DNA of 64,000 nt from an uncultured bacterium (GTDB lineage: Bacteria; Verrucomicrobiota; Verrucomicrobiia; Limisphaerales; UBA11358), in NCBI GenBank assembly GCA_963708305.1, contig CAVPSH010000003.1, positions 319,957 to 383,956 on the forward strand, read 5' to 3'. The translations under genes were made by a program, and so were the position numbers. The notes below the pieces were generated by a model. That model had not been told where the DNA came from. It searched no databases and saw only the letters and a list, made by a program, of their open reading frames with translations. Shown here in pieces: positions 20,002 through 31,657 of this stretch (its first letter is position 1; the number at the start of each line of letters is the position of its first letter).

Positions 20002-21663
20002 TCAGGGATTAAGCATCGCGCGATAGAACTGCTGATTGGCCGGCAGGCTGTTCGTGTAGGTCCAACGGCTTGAAGTGAGGGTGTTGGTGGTCAGGGACTG
20101 CCAGTTGAGCAGATCGGGTGAGGATTGAAGCGCAAAGGTCTGGCCGGAAACGCCATTAACGCCAATACAAAATTGTGCGGCGTTTAATGCTGAGATGTCC
20201 AGAACCGGGGGTTGTCGGCTGGAAACAATTTCAACCAATTGCGGTGCATAAAGATAACGCGTATGCACACCGTCGGAAATTTTCCCGTAAATGGCGTAGA
20301 TGCCCGGCGGCACATTAGTGGTGGTCAAACCAAGATTTGAATAATAATACACCGAACCCGCGCCCGTACTTGCCACCTGGTCTTGAAGGATGAGCGTGCT
20401 GTTGGTATTGTATGGGTTGAGATCCTGGTCGAAATAAATCGAGAGCGTCACGTTGGAACTCCCGGCATATTGGTAATACAAGGTGGTGGCGATCAAATTG
20501 CCTGCCGTGATTGTATTGGTGCCCGAGACGTCGAATTTGATGATGTTCGGCCACGTTCCGTTGTTCACCGGCAACGGAGTGCGATTTGCGTTTGTGCCGC
20601 CTCCGAAATCCCACGATTGATTGTAACCATCGCGAATGGCCGGATCGCTGGGAAGACCCAGCGGACGGTCCAGGCTGGTCCGGTCGCCGCCACCGATGAG
20701 GCTGTAATAAAATCCGGCAACGACTCCTTGGGCCTCATAAGGGACATACCAGTTCATTCGCTCGGTTCCGGTCATGGATGCTTCCGTATCGCTGCATGGC
20801 GTGTTGGTATTAATGGTGCCGTGATACCAGAGATGCACATTGGAATGATATTCGTAGGGATCGGAAGAAAGAAAGACAGGCGGGTAACCGCCGCTTAATT
20901 GCGTCAGTTGTCGCCGATAGGCGCCCGCCACCGGTTCGCCATTGGGATCAAGCTCACCAGTAGGAAAGCCGGTGCTCCCCAAATCTTCCCAATAATTATC
21001 GGCAAACAAAACGTTCGCGTAGGTGTTGCTGGCGGATGCATCCACAACGGAGCCTATAATTCTATCATTAAAACCATCGTTATTAAGCGGATGCGGATCC
21101 AAGGTGGTAAGCTGATCCACCCAGATGCCGTTGGTTCCCAGCAGGCGACTGATTTCAGATATCAATGAGCCACCGCGACTATGGCCAATCAAATGAATGG
21201 GAAATTCCACCAACGCATGGCCATTCAGGTCCGAAATGGTGTTTGTTTGCGACAGCACATAGCTTGCGATCCGGGCGACATTGGTAGTGCTGATGTTATA
21301 AGGTGCGGTGCCTCCGGCCATTTGACTCCAATCAAGTTTCACCACCATCTCACCGGTGTCGGTGGTCAACGGCGGGCTGTTGGTGTCGCGTTCCCATTGA
21401 TAATAATAATTGGTGCCGTCCGTGGTGAGGATAATCGTGTAAATTGTTATATTGGTGCTCAACCCCGGATAGCGATTGTGGAAGTAAGTCGGTATTTCGT
21501 CGGCCATGCCCGTTATCCAGCCGGTGACGTCGCCGTTATATCCATGCGTAATAATCGTCACGCCGGCAGCTTTTGTGGAACCCGGGATAAGCGTACTCAG
21601 CAAGAAAAAAAGTACGCTGAACAAGCAGCCTTCCTTTGCGAGACTGATGGACAACTTCCTCAT
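20002..21663 (-). CDS. Secreted alpha/beta-hydrolase (lipase/esterase-like) with the shared C-terminal module
   Basis: Signal-like [39 protein letters not shown] and nucleophile elbow LIGHSRGG. C-terminus ...[15 protein letters not shown]...QQFYRA. The ORF-track extension to 22167 runs antisense into serA and is rejected. Confidence 0.7.
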   Translation of the reverse strand: MRKLSISLAKEGCLFSVLFFLLSTLIPGSTKAAGVTIITHGYNGDVTGWITGMADEIPTYFHNRYPGLSTNITIYTIILTTDGTNYYYQWERDTNSPPLTTDTGEMVVKLDWSQMAGGTAPYNISTTNVARIASYVLSQTNTISDLNGHALVEFPIHLIGHSRGGSLISEISRLLGTNGIWVDQLTTLDPHPLNNDGFNDRIIGSVVDASASNTYANVLFADNYWEDLGSTGFPTGELDPNGEPVAGAYRRQLTQLSGGYPPVFLSSDPYEYHSNVHLWYHGTINTNTPCSDTEASMTGTERMNWYVPYEAQGVVAGFYYSLIGGGDRTSLDRPLGLPSDPAIRDGYNQSWDFGGGTNANRTPLPVNNGTWPNIIKFDVSGTNTITAGNLIATTLYYQYAGSSNVTLSIYFDQDLNPYNTNSTLILQDQVASTGAGSVYYYSNLGLTTTNVPPGIYAIYGKISDGVHTRYLYAPQLVEIVSSRQPPVLDISALNAAQFCIGVNGVSGQTFALQSSPDLLNWQSLTTNTLTSSRWTYTNSLPANQQFYRAMLNP

Positions 21664-21772
21664 AAGGTCGCTTAAAGAATAACACCAGTTTGGTTTGAGG
21701 GCGACGGAATTTCGCCGGATTCCTTGTTTGACCTTGCCCCGGGCATGACCTAGACTGAAAGTCCTTTTTGAA

Positions 21773-23371
21773 ATGAAAATTGTCGTTTGCGACCCGATCT
21801 CTCCCAAAGGCATCGAACTGCTCCAGCAGCGGCCTGAATTTGAAGTGGTTGTTTTGCCCAAACGGCTGCCCGAGCCGGAATTGCTGCCGGTGGTGGCGGA
21901 CGCCGTCGCGCTGCTGGTGCGTTCCGAAACCAAGGTCACGCGCAAGGTGATCGAAGCCGCCCCGAAATTACGCGTCGTGGGCCGCGCGGGCGTCGGGGTG
22001 GATAATGTGGACATCGCCGCCGCCACACAGCATGGCACGGTGGTGATGAACACGCCCGGCGGCAATACCGTGACCACGGCCGAACTCAGCTTTGCCATGT
22101 TACTGGCGCTCGCGCGCAAGGTGCCGCAGGCGCACACCTCCATGGCAGCGGGCAAATGGGACCGCAAACTGTTTCAAGGCATGGAATTGCTGGGCAAAAC
22201 GCTTGGCATCCTCGGCATGGGCCGCATCGGTTCGGAAGTCGCCAAACGTGCCAAGGCGTTCGGGATGCGGGTTATTGCCTACGATCCTTATCTTACGGAG
22301 GACCGTGCCAAGGCCGTCGGCGCGGAATTCGCCGACAGTGTCGATGATGTTTATCGCGTGGCGGATTTTATCACCGTGCACATGCCGGTCACGCCGGAAA
22401 CCAAACACATGTTAAACGCCGCGGCGTTCAGTAAGATGAAACCCGGTGTCCGTCTGGTAAATTGTGCCCGCGGCGAAATTATTTCCGAGAACGACCTGAT
22501 TGCCGCGCTCGAATCGGGCAAGGTTGCCGGTGCGGCGTTGGATGTTTTTGCCGTGGAACCGCTGCCCGCCGATCACCCGTACCGCAAACAGCCCAATGTG
22601 ATTTTGACGCCGCACCTGGGCGCGAGCACGCAGGAGGCGCAGGAAAAATGCGGCATTGAAGTCGCCGAAGTGGTCACCGCCTATCTGCTGACCGGTGAAG
22701 TCCGCAATGCGGTGAACCTGCCGTATCTTGACGCCAAAACCTATGAGCAGGTGAAGCCTTATCTGCCGCTCGGCGCGGCGCTTGGCAAATTGTTGGCGCA
22801 ACTTTCGCCCGCCAGTGCGGATCGCATCTACATCACCTACGGTGGCCACGCACGGGAATTGCCGAACACGGACCCGGTCACCCGCGCGGTTTTGCAGGGG
22901 TTTCTGGCCAGTAGCGCGATCAAGGACGTGAACAACGTCAATGTCCGTGCGGCGGCCGCCAGCATCGGCATTACCGTCGAGGAAAAGAAATCCGACGAGC
23001 CGGTCACGTTCAATGAATGGCTGCACGTGCAGGTTTTCAACAACGGACAGAAGCTGATTTCGGCGGGCGGCACGTTTTTCGGTTCTCCGAACAATCCGCG
23101 CATCGTACGACTGTACAGCACGCCGGTGGAAATTCCGACCAGCGGTACCTTGTTATTGCTCAACAACAAGGACCGGCCGGGCATGGTCGGTTATCTCGGC
23201 ACGTTGTTAGGGAAACATAAAGTGAACATTGCCAACATGAGCCTGACCCGCGACACTGCGGGCGGGCTGGCACTGACGGTATTGAATCTCGACAGCGCCC
23301 CACCGCCGGCGGTGCTGGAAGAACTCCAAAAAGACGCTGACATCAGCAACGTGAAAGTGATAAAATTGTGA
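21773..23371 (+). CDS. serA: D-3-phosphoglycerate dehydrogenase (long form with ASB and ACT domains)
   Basis: NAD-binding [27 protein letters not shown]. 532 aa with a C-terminal ACT-like region. Confidence 0.95.
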   Translation: MKIVVCDPISPKGIELLQQRPEFEVVVLPKRLPEPELLPVVADAVALLVRSETKVTRKVIEAAPKLRVVGRAGVGVDNVDIAAATQHGTVVMNTPGGNTVTTAELSFAMLLALARKVPQAHTSMAAGKWDRKLFQGMELLGKTLGILGMGRIGSEVAKRAKAFGMRVIAYDPYLTEDRAKAVGAEFADSVDDVYRVADFITVHMPVTPETKHMLNAAAFSKMKPGVRLVNCARGEIISENDLIAALESGKVAGAALDVFAVEPLPADHPYRKQPNVILTPHLGASTQEAQEKCGIEVAEVVTAYLLTGEVRNAVNLPYLDAKTYEQVKPYLPLGAALGKLLAQLSPASADRIYITYGGHARELPNTDPVTRAVLQGFLASSAIKDVNNVNVRAAAASIGITVEEKKSDEPVTFNEWLHVQVFNNGQKLISAGGTFFGSPNNPRIVRLYSTPVEIPTSGTLLLLNNKDRPGMVGYLGTLLGKHKVNIANMSLTRDTAGGLALTVLNLDSAPPPAVLEELQKDADISNVKVIKL

Positions 23372-23397
23372 CCGTGGTCAGGAAGAACAAACAAAAT

Positions 23398-24528
23398 ATG
23401 AAAATTAAAGCCAAAATAATTTTTTTGATTGCGCTGGGTGCGTTCCTGCTGGTGTTCCCCTCTGCGCGCGCCGCCACGGCCAACGCATCCGCCAGCGCGG
23501 CGTCGGCCGATACCGGCACCAATGTCAACCTGAATGCCACCATGACGGCGTTGTTTGGCAACCCGGTGCTTGCCCGGGGCAAAGGTTTTGAAATCAAGCA
23601 GAGTGATTTGGACGAAGTGATGACCGGCATCAAGTCCGGTGCGGCCATGCGCAACCAGGCCATTCCCGCGGCACAAATGAAACTGATTGAGGGTCAAATG
23701 CTGGACCGGCTCATTCAGGTCCAGTTGTTGTTACAAAAAGCCACGGATGCCGACCGGGCCGCCGGAAAAAAGATGGCTGATTTGCAAATGAAAACACTTT
23801 TGGACAGGGCCGGTTCACAGGAGGCGCTGAATCGTCAGTTCACAGCCCTGGGCATGTCAACGGGCCAGTTAAACGCGCGCCTGATACAGGAAGGCACCGC
23901 GCAAGCGGCGCTGGAGCGTGAATTGAAAATCACCGTGACGGATGCCGAGGCCAGGAAGTTTTACGACGATCATCCGGCGGAATTTGAACAGCCGGAAACG
24001 GTTCGGATCGCGCAGATTTTTTTGAGCACGCATGATCCGCTCACGGGCGCGGAATTATCGGACACGGACAAGGCAGCCAAGAAAAAAGAGATCGAAGATA
24101 TTTTGAAGCACGCCCGGGCCGGCGAGAATTTTAGCAACCTGGTGGAACAATATTCCGAAGATCCCGGTTCCAAGGATAAAGGCGGTGTCTACACCGTTGC
24201 CCGCGGCCAGACGCTGCCGGAATTCGAAGCGGCCGCATTTTCGTTGAACAGCAATCAAATCAGCGATGTGGTGGCGACCGCCAGTGGTTACCACCTCATC
24301 AAATCGCTGGAGAAAATGCCAGCCAAAAAGCTGGATTACGCCACGGTTGCCGATGATCTGAAGCGGGCGCTCATCCAGCAAAAGGCGGCCAAGCTTGCGC
24401 CACCCTACATGTCCACTTTGAGAAAGGGGGCGGGCGTGGAAATTCTCGACCCGGAATTGAATGCCGTGGAGCAGGAAATCCAGTCCGAGGCCGCCACCAA
24501 CGCGCCGGTGGCGCCAGATGGAAAGTAA
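23398..24528 (+). CDS. Periplasmic parvulin-type peptidyl-prolyl isomerase (SurA/PrsA-like)
   Basis: Signal peptide MKIKAKIIFLIALGAFLLVFPSARA. PpiC domain ...ARAGENFSNLVEQYSEDPGSKDKGG...FEAAAFSL...SGYHLIK. Confidence 0.85.
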   Translation: MKIKAKIIFLIALGAFLLVFPSARAATANASASAASADTGTNVNLNATMTALFGNPVLARGKGFEIKQSDLDEVMTGIKSGAAMRNQAIPAAQMKLIEGQMLDRLIQVQLLLQKATDADRAAGKKMADLQMKTLLDRAGSQEALNRQFTALGMSTGQLNARLIQEGTAQAALERELKITVTDAEARKFYDDHPAEFEQPETVRIAQIFLSTHDPLTGAELSDTDKAAKKKEIEDILKHARAGENFSNLVEQYSEDPGSKDKGGVYTVARGQTLPEFEAAAFSLNSNQISDVVATASGYHLIKSLEKMPAKKLDYATVADDLKRALIQQKAAKLAPPYMSTLRKGAGVEILDPELNAVEQEIQSEAATNAPVAPDGK

Positions 24529-24585
24529 CGGCATGTTGAAGTGTGCTTGCCAAACGGGTCGGGTCGCCTCATTTTGGGGAGCAGT

Positions 24586-25347
24586 ATGAAAACGCAGTTG
24601 GGCATAGTCATTCTCGTGGTGGTTTGTGTGGGAATGGTTGTCGCTTTGGTGGCGGAAAAGAAACGCGCGGATACCGAGCAGAAAAAGGACTCGGATACGA
24701 TCCTCGATTTTTCCAACCAGTTGGCCACCGCCGACATCAATCTCGACGGATTGCGTCAGGTCAATTTGATACTGACCAACGATTTCGTGGCCGCCCAACA
24801 AACGCTGACGGTGCTCAGCAACCAGTATGTCGCGGCTTCCGCTTCGCTCTCGAACACCACCGCCGCGCTCAAAACTGCCCAGGACCAGATCGCCGATTTG
24901 GAGGCGCAGAATCAGGCGCTGGATCAGCAAGTCGTGAACATGACCAATACCATTGTCAACTTGTCCACGCAGATTGCCGAGACCCAGATGAAACTGGTCG
25001 AATCCGAAACGAACAATGTGTTTCTCGAAAACGAATTGAAACGTCAGGTGGCCGAAAGGGTCGATCTGGAACGCAAGTTTAATGATTTGTCCCAGGTCCG
25101 CACCCAGGTGAGGAAATTGCGGGACGACTTGCTCATGGCGCGCCGGTTGCAATGGATGCGCGCCGGGACCGATCCCAACCAGCAACGCAAGGGAGCCCAG
25201 GTGCTCATGGCGCGCGGATCCGTGACCAACCGGATGGTCGGGCCGGCGCACTACGACTTGAACGTCGAAGTCAGTTCTGATGGCTCGGTGCAGGTGGTTC
25301 CGGCGATGACCAACGCGCCGGCCACGACCAACCGGTCGTCACCGTGA
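24586..25347 (+). CDS. Membrane-anchored coiled-coil protein, function unknown
   Basis: N-terminal TM MKTQLGIVILVVVCVGMVVALVA, then heptad-like Q/L/N-rich sequence. Confidence 0.55.
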   Translation: MKTQLGIVILVVVCVGMVVALVAEKKRADTEQKKDSDTILDFSNQLATADINLDGLRQVNLILTNDFVAAQQTLTVLSNQYVAASASLSNTTAALKTAQDQIADLEAQNQALDQQVVNMTNTIVNLSTQIAETQMKLVESETNNVFLENELKRQVAERVDLERKFNDLSQVRTQVRKLRDDLLMARRLQWMRAGTDPNQQRKGAQVLMARGSVTNRMVGPAHYDLNVEVSSDGSVQVVPAMTNAPATTNRSSP

Positions 25348-25380
25348 GGCACCCCGAAACGGGTCGCTTTTTGATTGTTC

Positions 25381-25704
25381 ATGCCGACGTACGAATACCT
25401 CTGCCGAAAATGCGGGTGTGAGTTTGAGACGCTTCAATCCATTTCCGCCCAGCCGTTGAAGGTTTGTCCGGAGAACCTCTGTCCGCGAAAAAAATGGGGC
25501 CGTGGCCGGGTAAAACGCAAGATCAGCGCGGGCGCGGGGCTTTTGTTCAAAGGCAGTGGTTTTTATATTACCGACTACCGCAGCGAGGGCTATAAACAGG
25601 CGGCGAAAAAAGATTCCACGCCGGCCAAACCGGCCGGTGGTGACGCCAAACCCGCTGCCGGGGCCGAAAGCAAACCCGCAAAGCCGACGTCGGCCAAAGC
25701 TTGA
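25381..25704 (+). CDS. FmdB-family zinc-ribbon protein
   Basis: MPTYEYLCRKCGCEFE...VCPENLCP (CxxC...CxxxxC) and GFYITDYR, with a Lys/Ala/Pro-rich tail. Confidence 0.85.
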   Translation: MPTYEYLCRKCGCEFETLQSISAQPLKVCPENLCPRKKWGRGRVKRKISAGAGLLFKGSGFYITDYRSEGYKQAAKKDSTPAKPAGGDAKPAAGAESKPAKPTSAKA

Positions 25705-25706
25705 TC

Positions 25707-27071
25707 ATGTTCCGTAAGTGTTGCCTGCGCGACCTTGGTTGCACCGTCGCTTTGTTCGGCGTTTTCTGCGGGAACGCGCCCGCCCAACTTTCGTTGCCGG
25801 ATGTCAATTTAACGCGCAGTGTTTCCGGCCAATTTGTTGTCACCGATGCGGGGCCCGGCCCCCTGGTATCGCCACTGGCCGCGGCGGTGACCAACGCCGA
25901 TTGCGTCCGGCTTGAACCAGCTGTGCTGGCCGTGTCCGCCGAACGAATCAAACAAGCCTTGTGGCGCGAGCTCGGCGTTGATGCGGCAGCGCCGTGGCGC
26001 GGGAAGATTTTCCTCGAACTGCACCCGGCCCGGTCGCTGGACGAAAATGTCACCGTCCTTTCGGAACATTTCATTAATGGCTGGGATTACCACGTCGCCC
26101 TGCCGGATGTCCTGCCCCGCATCCGTTTTGTGCGCGCCTTGATCAGTGTGGTGTTGCTTGAATTCGCCAACCGCGACGCCGGTGCGCGCCCGGCGGAAAT
26201 CCCCGCCTGGCTGACCGATGGCTTGTCACAACAGTTGCTGGCGACGGGCGCGGTCGAAGTTGTCTTGTCCTCGCCCGGCAGGGCCGCGAACGGCCTGGTG
26301 GAAAGCCAGATGATCGCGACCGAACGCGGCATTGACCCGCTGGCCGATGCGCGGGACGTATTGCGGGATCATCCCGGGTTGACGTTTGAGCAATTAAGCT
26401 GGCCGACGGAGGCGCAAGTCTCCGGCGCCGATGGCGGTGTGTATCGCGCCAGCGCGCAGTTGTTTGTAAATGAACTGCTGAAATTGAGACACGGCCCGGC
26501 CCATTTGCGCGTGATGTTGCAGGCAGCGCCCAATTATTTCAACTGGCAGACCGCTTTTCAAAACGCCTTTCGCGCCGATTTTGCGCAGCCACTGGACGTG
26601 GAAAAATGGTGGGCGTTGCAGGTGATAGACTTTGCGGCGCACGATCCCGGCCCAACGTGGACGCCGGCGGTCAGTTGCGAAAAGCTCGACCAGATTCTCA
26701 ACGTGCCGGTGGACTTTCGCACGGCCTCGAATGCCCTGCCCGCGCATGCGGAAGTTTCGCTCCAGGCCGTGATTCGCAACTTTGATTCCGCGCGGCAGGC
26801 GGCGATTCTCCAGACCAAATTGCGCGATCTTGAACTGGCACAACTCCGCATGGCCCGGCCCCTGGCGGCCTTGACCGCGGGTTATCGCGCCGCCCTGGCT
26901 GATTACCTGGGCCAAAGCCAGGAAACGGTGTCCACGCCCCCTTTCGGCAGGCATCCATCGGCCGTGCCGCAAAAAGCCGGCGCCGCTGATACGTTGAAAA
27001 AATTGGATGCGCTCGATGCCCAAAGACGCCCCATCGAATCATCCATCAAACCGGACATCTGGCGACCGTAA
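25707..27071 (+). CDS. Hypothetical secreted protein
   Basis: Signal-like MFRKCCLRDLGCTVALFGVFCGNAPAQ. 454 aa, no recognisable motif. Coding-like composition across the whole ORF. Confidence 0.5.
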   Translation: MFRKCCLRDLGCTVALFGVFCGNAPAQLSLPDVNLTRSVSGQFVVTDAGPGPLVSPLAAAVTNADCVRLEPAVLAVSAERIKQALWRELGVDAAAPWRGKIFLELHPARSLDENVTVLSEHFINGWDYHVALPDVLPRIRFVRALISVVLLEFANRDAGARPAEIPAWLTDGLSQQLLATGAVEVVLSSPGRAANGLVESQMIATERGIDPLADARDVLRDHPGLTFEQLSWPTEAQVSGADGGVYRASAQLFVNELLKLRHGPAHLRVMLQAAPNYFNWQTAFQNAFRADFAQPLDVEKWWALQVIDFAAHDPGPTWTPAVSCEKLDQILNVPVDFRTASNALPAHAEVSLQAVIRNFDSARQAAILQTKLRDLELAQLRMARPLAALTAGYRAALADYLGQSQETVSTPPFGRHPSAVPQKAGAADTLKKLDALDAQRRPIESSIKPDIWRP

Positions 27072-27153
27072 GCCTGGTCTCGTTGAACGGGGTGGCGGGA
27101 AAATGGTCAACTTGACAGGGCGCAATTCAAATCTATAGTTCGCTACCAGGAAA

Positions 27154-28393
27154 ATGAAGGATGACCATTTAACGGCCAACGGCGAGGAACCGCCGTCAGA
27201 CCACCGACTCCAAAGTTTGAAGGAGTTTCGCTCCGCCGGGCGCGGCTTCTGGCGCGACGTTTCGGATGCCGAGTGGAACGACTGGCGCTGGCAGCTCAAA
27301 CACCGCATCACGACGCCGGAACAATTGCAGCGCCTGATGCCCACGCTCACGCCGGAGGAGTTCGCCGGCGCGAAACTCGCAAACCACAAGCTTGCGCTGG
27401 CCATCACGCCGTATTTTTTCAACCTGATCGATCCGGTGGATGAGCACTGTCCCATCCGGCGGCAGGTCATTCCGCGTGTCGAGGAAACACACACTGCGCC
27501 CTGGGAAATGAGCGACCCGTGCGGCGAGGATTCGCACTCGCCCGTGCCCGGTCTGGTGCACCGGTATCCCGACCGCGTGCTGTTTCTGGTCACCGACCGG
27601 TGCGCCTCGTATTGCCGTTATTGCACGCGCTCGCGGCTCGTCAGCAACGCGAACGGCTATGATTTTCATCCCGAATTCGACAAGCAGATCGAATATATCG
27701 CGCAGCACAAGGAAGTCCGTGACGTGTTGCTGAGTGGCGGCGACCCGCTGTTGTTGAGCGATGAAAAACTCGAAAGTCTTTTGGGCCGGCTGCGCGCCAT
27801 TCCGCATGTGGAATTTTTGCGAATCGGCTCGCGGATTCCGACATTCCTGCCGCAGCGCATCACGCCGGAACTCTGCGCGATGTTAAAGAAATTCCATCCG
27901 CTCTTCCTGAGCATTCACTCCAACCATCCGCGCGAGTTGACAACGGAAGTCCGCGACTGCGGTCGGGCGCCTGGCCGACGCCGGCATTCCGCTCGGCAAC
28001 CAGTCCGTGCTGCTCAAGCGTGTCAACGACGACGCGACGGTGATGAAGGCGCTCGTTCAGAAACTGCTCATGTGCCGCGTGAAGCCATATTACCTGTACC
28101 AGTGCGATTTGATTTCCGGTTCGGCGCATCTGCGGGCGAGCGTCGCCAAGGGTCTGGAAATCATGGAACAACTGCGCGGACACACGACCGGCTATGCCGT
28201 GCCGCAATACGTCATTGACGCGCCCGGCGGTGGCGGCAAGGTGCCCATTAATCCTGAATACGTCCTTTGCCGCAATGCCGGCCGGGTGCTCATCCGCAAT
28301 TACGAGGGCAAAGTCTTCGAGTATCCCGAAGCCGAGGATGGCACGCCGCTGTCCACGCCGCCGAAAGAAATCAAACAACCGGAGCTGGTTTAA
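27154..28393 (+). pseudogene. kamA: Lysine 2,3-aminomutase (KamA family radical SAM), interrupted by a +1 frameshift near 27970
   Basis: WNDWRWQLKHRI, CASYCRYCTRS, LLSGGDPLL in frame 1. LADAGIPLGNQSVLLKRVNDD...PYYLYQCD...DAPGGGGK continues in the next frame (ORF 28007-28393). Confidence 0.9.
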
Positions 28394-28594
28394 TCTCCGG
28401 GGCCAACTTCGTTTCCCCAGGAAGTGGCAAGCGCCGAAGGGGTATTCTTTTTCTTTTGTGTTTACTTTCGTTTGTATCTTCTTATAATTAGGACGCTTTA
28501 GTCGTTTAAAAGCGATTTTCAACGTTTCAAATGATAAAATGCGCCGGGGGTAGTTGATGGACCGGGTGGCGTTAAAAAATAGAGAGGACTGAAT

Positions 28595-29110
28595 ATGAAA
28601 ACTAAAATGATTGGTGCTGGTTTTGTGTCGTGTCTGATTATTGTCTCACTCAGTGGATGTGGAAATAAAGAGACCTCAACGCCTTCAACGACGGAGGCCC
28701 CAACAGCTGCTGAAAGTGTAACCACGAATGCGCCAGCCCCCGCCGCGACTAAAGTCGAAACGAATACGGTCATAACGACTACGGCCACGGCAGTCACGGA
28801 AACAACCCAGGCGGTATCGCAAGCGATTGCTCCGGCAACCCAAGCGGTGACGCAGGCGGTTGCGACAGCTTCAACCCAGACGGCAACGGTTGCGACCCAG
28901 GCTCAGAACCTGATTGATCAGGCGAAGAATCTCGTGGGCGAAAAGAAATACCAGGACGCCTTGGATACCTTGAAACAGTTGAGCGGTTTCAATCTGACGC
29001 CGGAACAACAGAAAACGGTGGACGATCTCAAAACGCAGATCCAAAACCTCATGTCGAATCAGACGGTGTCCAACGCGGTGAACGGCGTTGGCAACCTGTT
29101 GGGTAAGTAA
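28595..29110 (+). CDS. Lipoprotein, Thr/Ala/Gln-rich, function unknown
   Basis: Lipobox IIVSLSG|C. Low-complexity TQAV/ATQA middle, helical C-terminus. Local GC is lower than the flanks. Confidence 0.65.
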   Translation: MKTKMIGAGFVSCLIIVSLSGCGNKETSTPSTTEAPTAAESVTTNAPAPAATKVETNTVITTTATAVTETTQAVSQAIAPATQAVTQAVATASTQTATVATQAQNLIDQAKNLVGEKKYQDALDTLKQLSGFNLTPEQQKTVDDLKTQIQNLMSNQTVSNAVNGVGNLLGK

Positions 29111-29318
29111 GCGCCGATTTGGCGGTTAACCGTCCGGACAGGAAAAGAAACCTGTTTTTGGGAGTATTCAGGACTTGCAGCGGGAAATACCGGCTGCAAT
29201 CCTTTCTCCTTGAAGGGCGGCAACTCGATGGTACGAGTTCCGGGTTTATTGTGCCGTGGTAAAACCCGCGGATCACGTGGCGTTTGCGTTTGAATCAACA
29301 ATATCATTGAGGTGGTTT

Positions 29319-31635
29319 ATGCGAAATGCGGCATCGTCTTCTCACCGCTGGCGGTTCTTCCGCGCCGGCGGCTTCAACCAGGTCGTTCTCAACTCGGGAG
29401 CGGACCTCCTCAACCTCGACCAGCTCGACCAGAAGCTTTGGGTTGCCCTGGCCTGTCCCACCACGGGCGTCGAGTTTGATAAAACCACGCTCACGCTGAT
29501 TGACACGGACAAGGACGGTCGGATCCGCGCGCCGGAGTTGATTGCCGCAGTCAAATGGGCCAGCAGCTTGCTTAAAAACCCGGATGACTTGCTTAAAGGC
29601 AGCCCGACGCTGCAACCGGCGGCGATCAACGACGCCAATCCGGAGGGCAAACTGATTGCCAGTTTTGCCAGGCAGGTGTTGGGCAAGACGGACAGTGCCG
29701 AAATCACCATTGACGAAGCCGCCGCCGCCGCTCAGACGTTTGCCGCCAAACCATTTAACGGCGACGGCATTATACCGGCGGATTCTGCCGGCGACGACGC
29801 GACCAAAGCCGTCATTGCCGACATCATCAACTGTCTCGGCGCGGACACCGATGCCAGCGGCAAGCCCGGCATCAACCAGGCCAAGGTGGACCGGTTTTTC
29901 GCCGACGCCGCGGCCTATTCTGATTGGTGGAAAAAGGCCGAAGGTGACGCCGCCGTGTTGCCACTGGGCGTGAACACCGAAGCCGCTTCCGGCGCCGTCA
30001 AGGCCGTCAAGGCTAAGGTGGACGACTATTTTGCACGCGGACGGGTGGCTGCCTTCGATCCACGCTCCATCAACGCGCTGAACCGCGACGAGAAGGAATT
30101 CGCCGCGCTGAGCGCCAAAGACCTGACCAACACACACGCCGACATCGCCAGCCTGCCGCTGGCTCAAGTCGGAGCCACCACTCCGCTGCCTTTGACTCAA
30201 GGCATTAATCCGGCGTGGGCCAGCGCCATTGCCGCGTTGCAAACCCATGCCATCGTGCCGCTGCTCGGTGCCCGGACGGTCCTGACCGAGGCGGATTGGA
30301 ACGCGCTGCTCGGCAAACTCGCCGCTTTCGATGCCTGGAACGCGGGCAAGACCGGCGGTTCGGTCGAAAAAATCGGATTGAAGCGCACGCGGGAAATTAT
30401 TGCCACCAAAGCCAAGGACACGTTGACGGCGCTCATCGGCAAGGACAAGGCGGAGGAAGGTCATGCCCAGGCCATCATCGGCCTGCACCGGTTGATACAT
30501 TATCACCGGGATCTCGCCCGGCTCTGCCGCAACTTCGTCAACTTCAGCGATTTTTATGGACGGAAGGACAAAGCCATTTTCCAGGCAGGCACACTTTATC
30601 TCGACCAGCGCAGTTGCGATCTTTGCCTGTCGGTGGATGACGCGGGCAAACACGCCGCCATGGCGGGCATGGCCGGCACCTATCTCGCCTATTGCGATTG
30701 CGTGCGCAAAGGCAGCGGAGAAAAATTGTCCATCGTCGCCGCGATTCACCGGCGGCGATTCCGACAATCTCATCGTTGGTCGCAATGGAATTTTCTATGA
30801 CCGCCAGGGTCGCGACTGGGATGCCACCATCACGAAGATCGTGGACAACCCGATCAGCATCCGGCAGGCGTTCTGGTCACCTTACAAGAAACTGGTGCGC
30901 TTGATTGAGGAACGCGCTGCAAAACAGGCCGCAGCCGCGGACGCCGATGCCAATGCGCAATTGACAAGCGTTGCCAATGCACCCCTTGTCCCGGCCAGCC
31001 CGGCGGCGCCGGCGGCTCCAGCAACTCCGGCCAAACCCGCTTTTGATCCCAGTGTCATTGCCTTGCTGAGTTTGGCTTTGGGCACTTTGGCGGCAGCATT
31101 CGCCGGTCTTCTGGGTTTTCTTAAAGGGTTTGAATCGTGGCAGGTGCCGCTGGTCATCGTCGGAATCATGCTGGTCATTTCCGCCCCGTCCATGGCTATC
31201 GCCTGGTTGAAATTGCGCAAGCGCAACCTCGGTCCGATTCTCGACGCCAACGGCTGGGCGGTGAATGCCAAAGCGAAAATGAATGTGCCGTTCGGCAGCG
31301 CCCTGACCGGCGTGGCGGCTTTGCCGCCGGGTTCCACGTTTAGTGCGGCGGATAAGTATGCCGAAAAACCCTCCGTCTGGCCCAAACTGCTGCTCGTCGC
31401 GTTTGTCGTCTGGTTTATTTGGGCATTTCTCAATGACAGCCAAGGCCGGCTTTACAATTGGACTGATGGCAAACACGGTACGCCGCCGCTGGCGGTTCGG
31501 GAACAAATCGCCAAAGACAGGCTCGACCAGGCCGCGGCTAATAAAGCCAAAGCTGCTGCGGCGACGGGGGCGGTGCCGGCGGCGCCGGTAACACTGGTGG
31601 CTCCGACCAATCCGGCGGCTCCGCCCAAACCATAA
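29319..31635 (+). pseudogene. EF-hand-containing large membrane protein (about 770 aa), function unknown, with a +1 frameshift near 30744
   Basis: EF-hand loop DTDKDGRIRAPEL. ORF 29256-30800 continues as FTGGDSDNLIVGRNGIFYDRQGRDWDATI... in ORF 30556-31635. Three C-terminal TM helices. Confidence 0.65.
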
Positions 31636-31657
31636 TTCATCGGTTAAACTTACGCCC

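Noticed and set aside
21664-22167. N-terminal extension of the alpha/beta-hydrolase ORF (721-aa version).
   Set aside because: The extension runs antisense through the serA start and encodes Ser/Thr/Ala-rich nonsense. The Met at 21663 gives a proper signal peptide.
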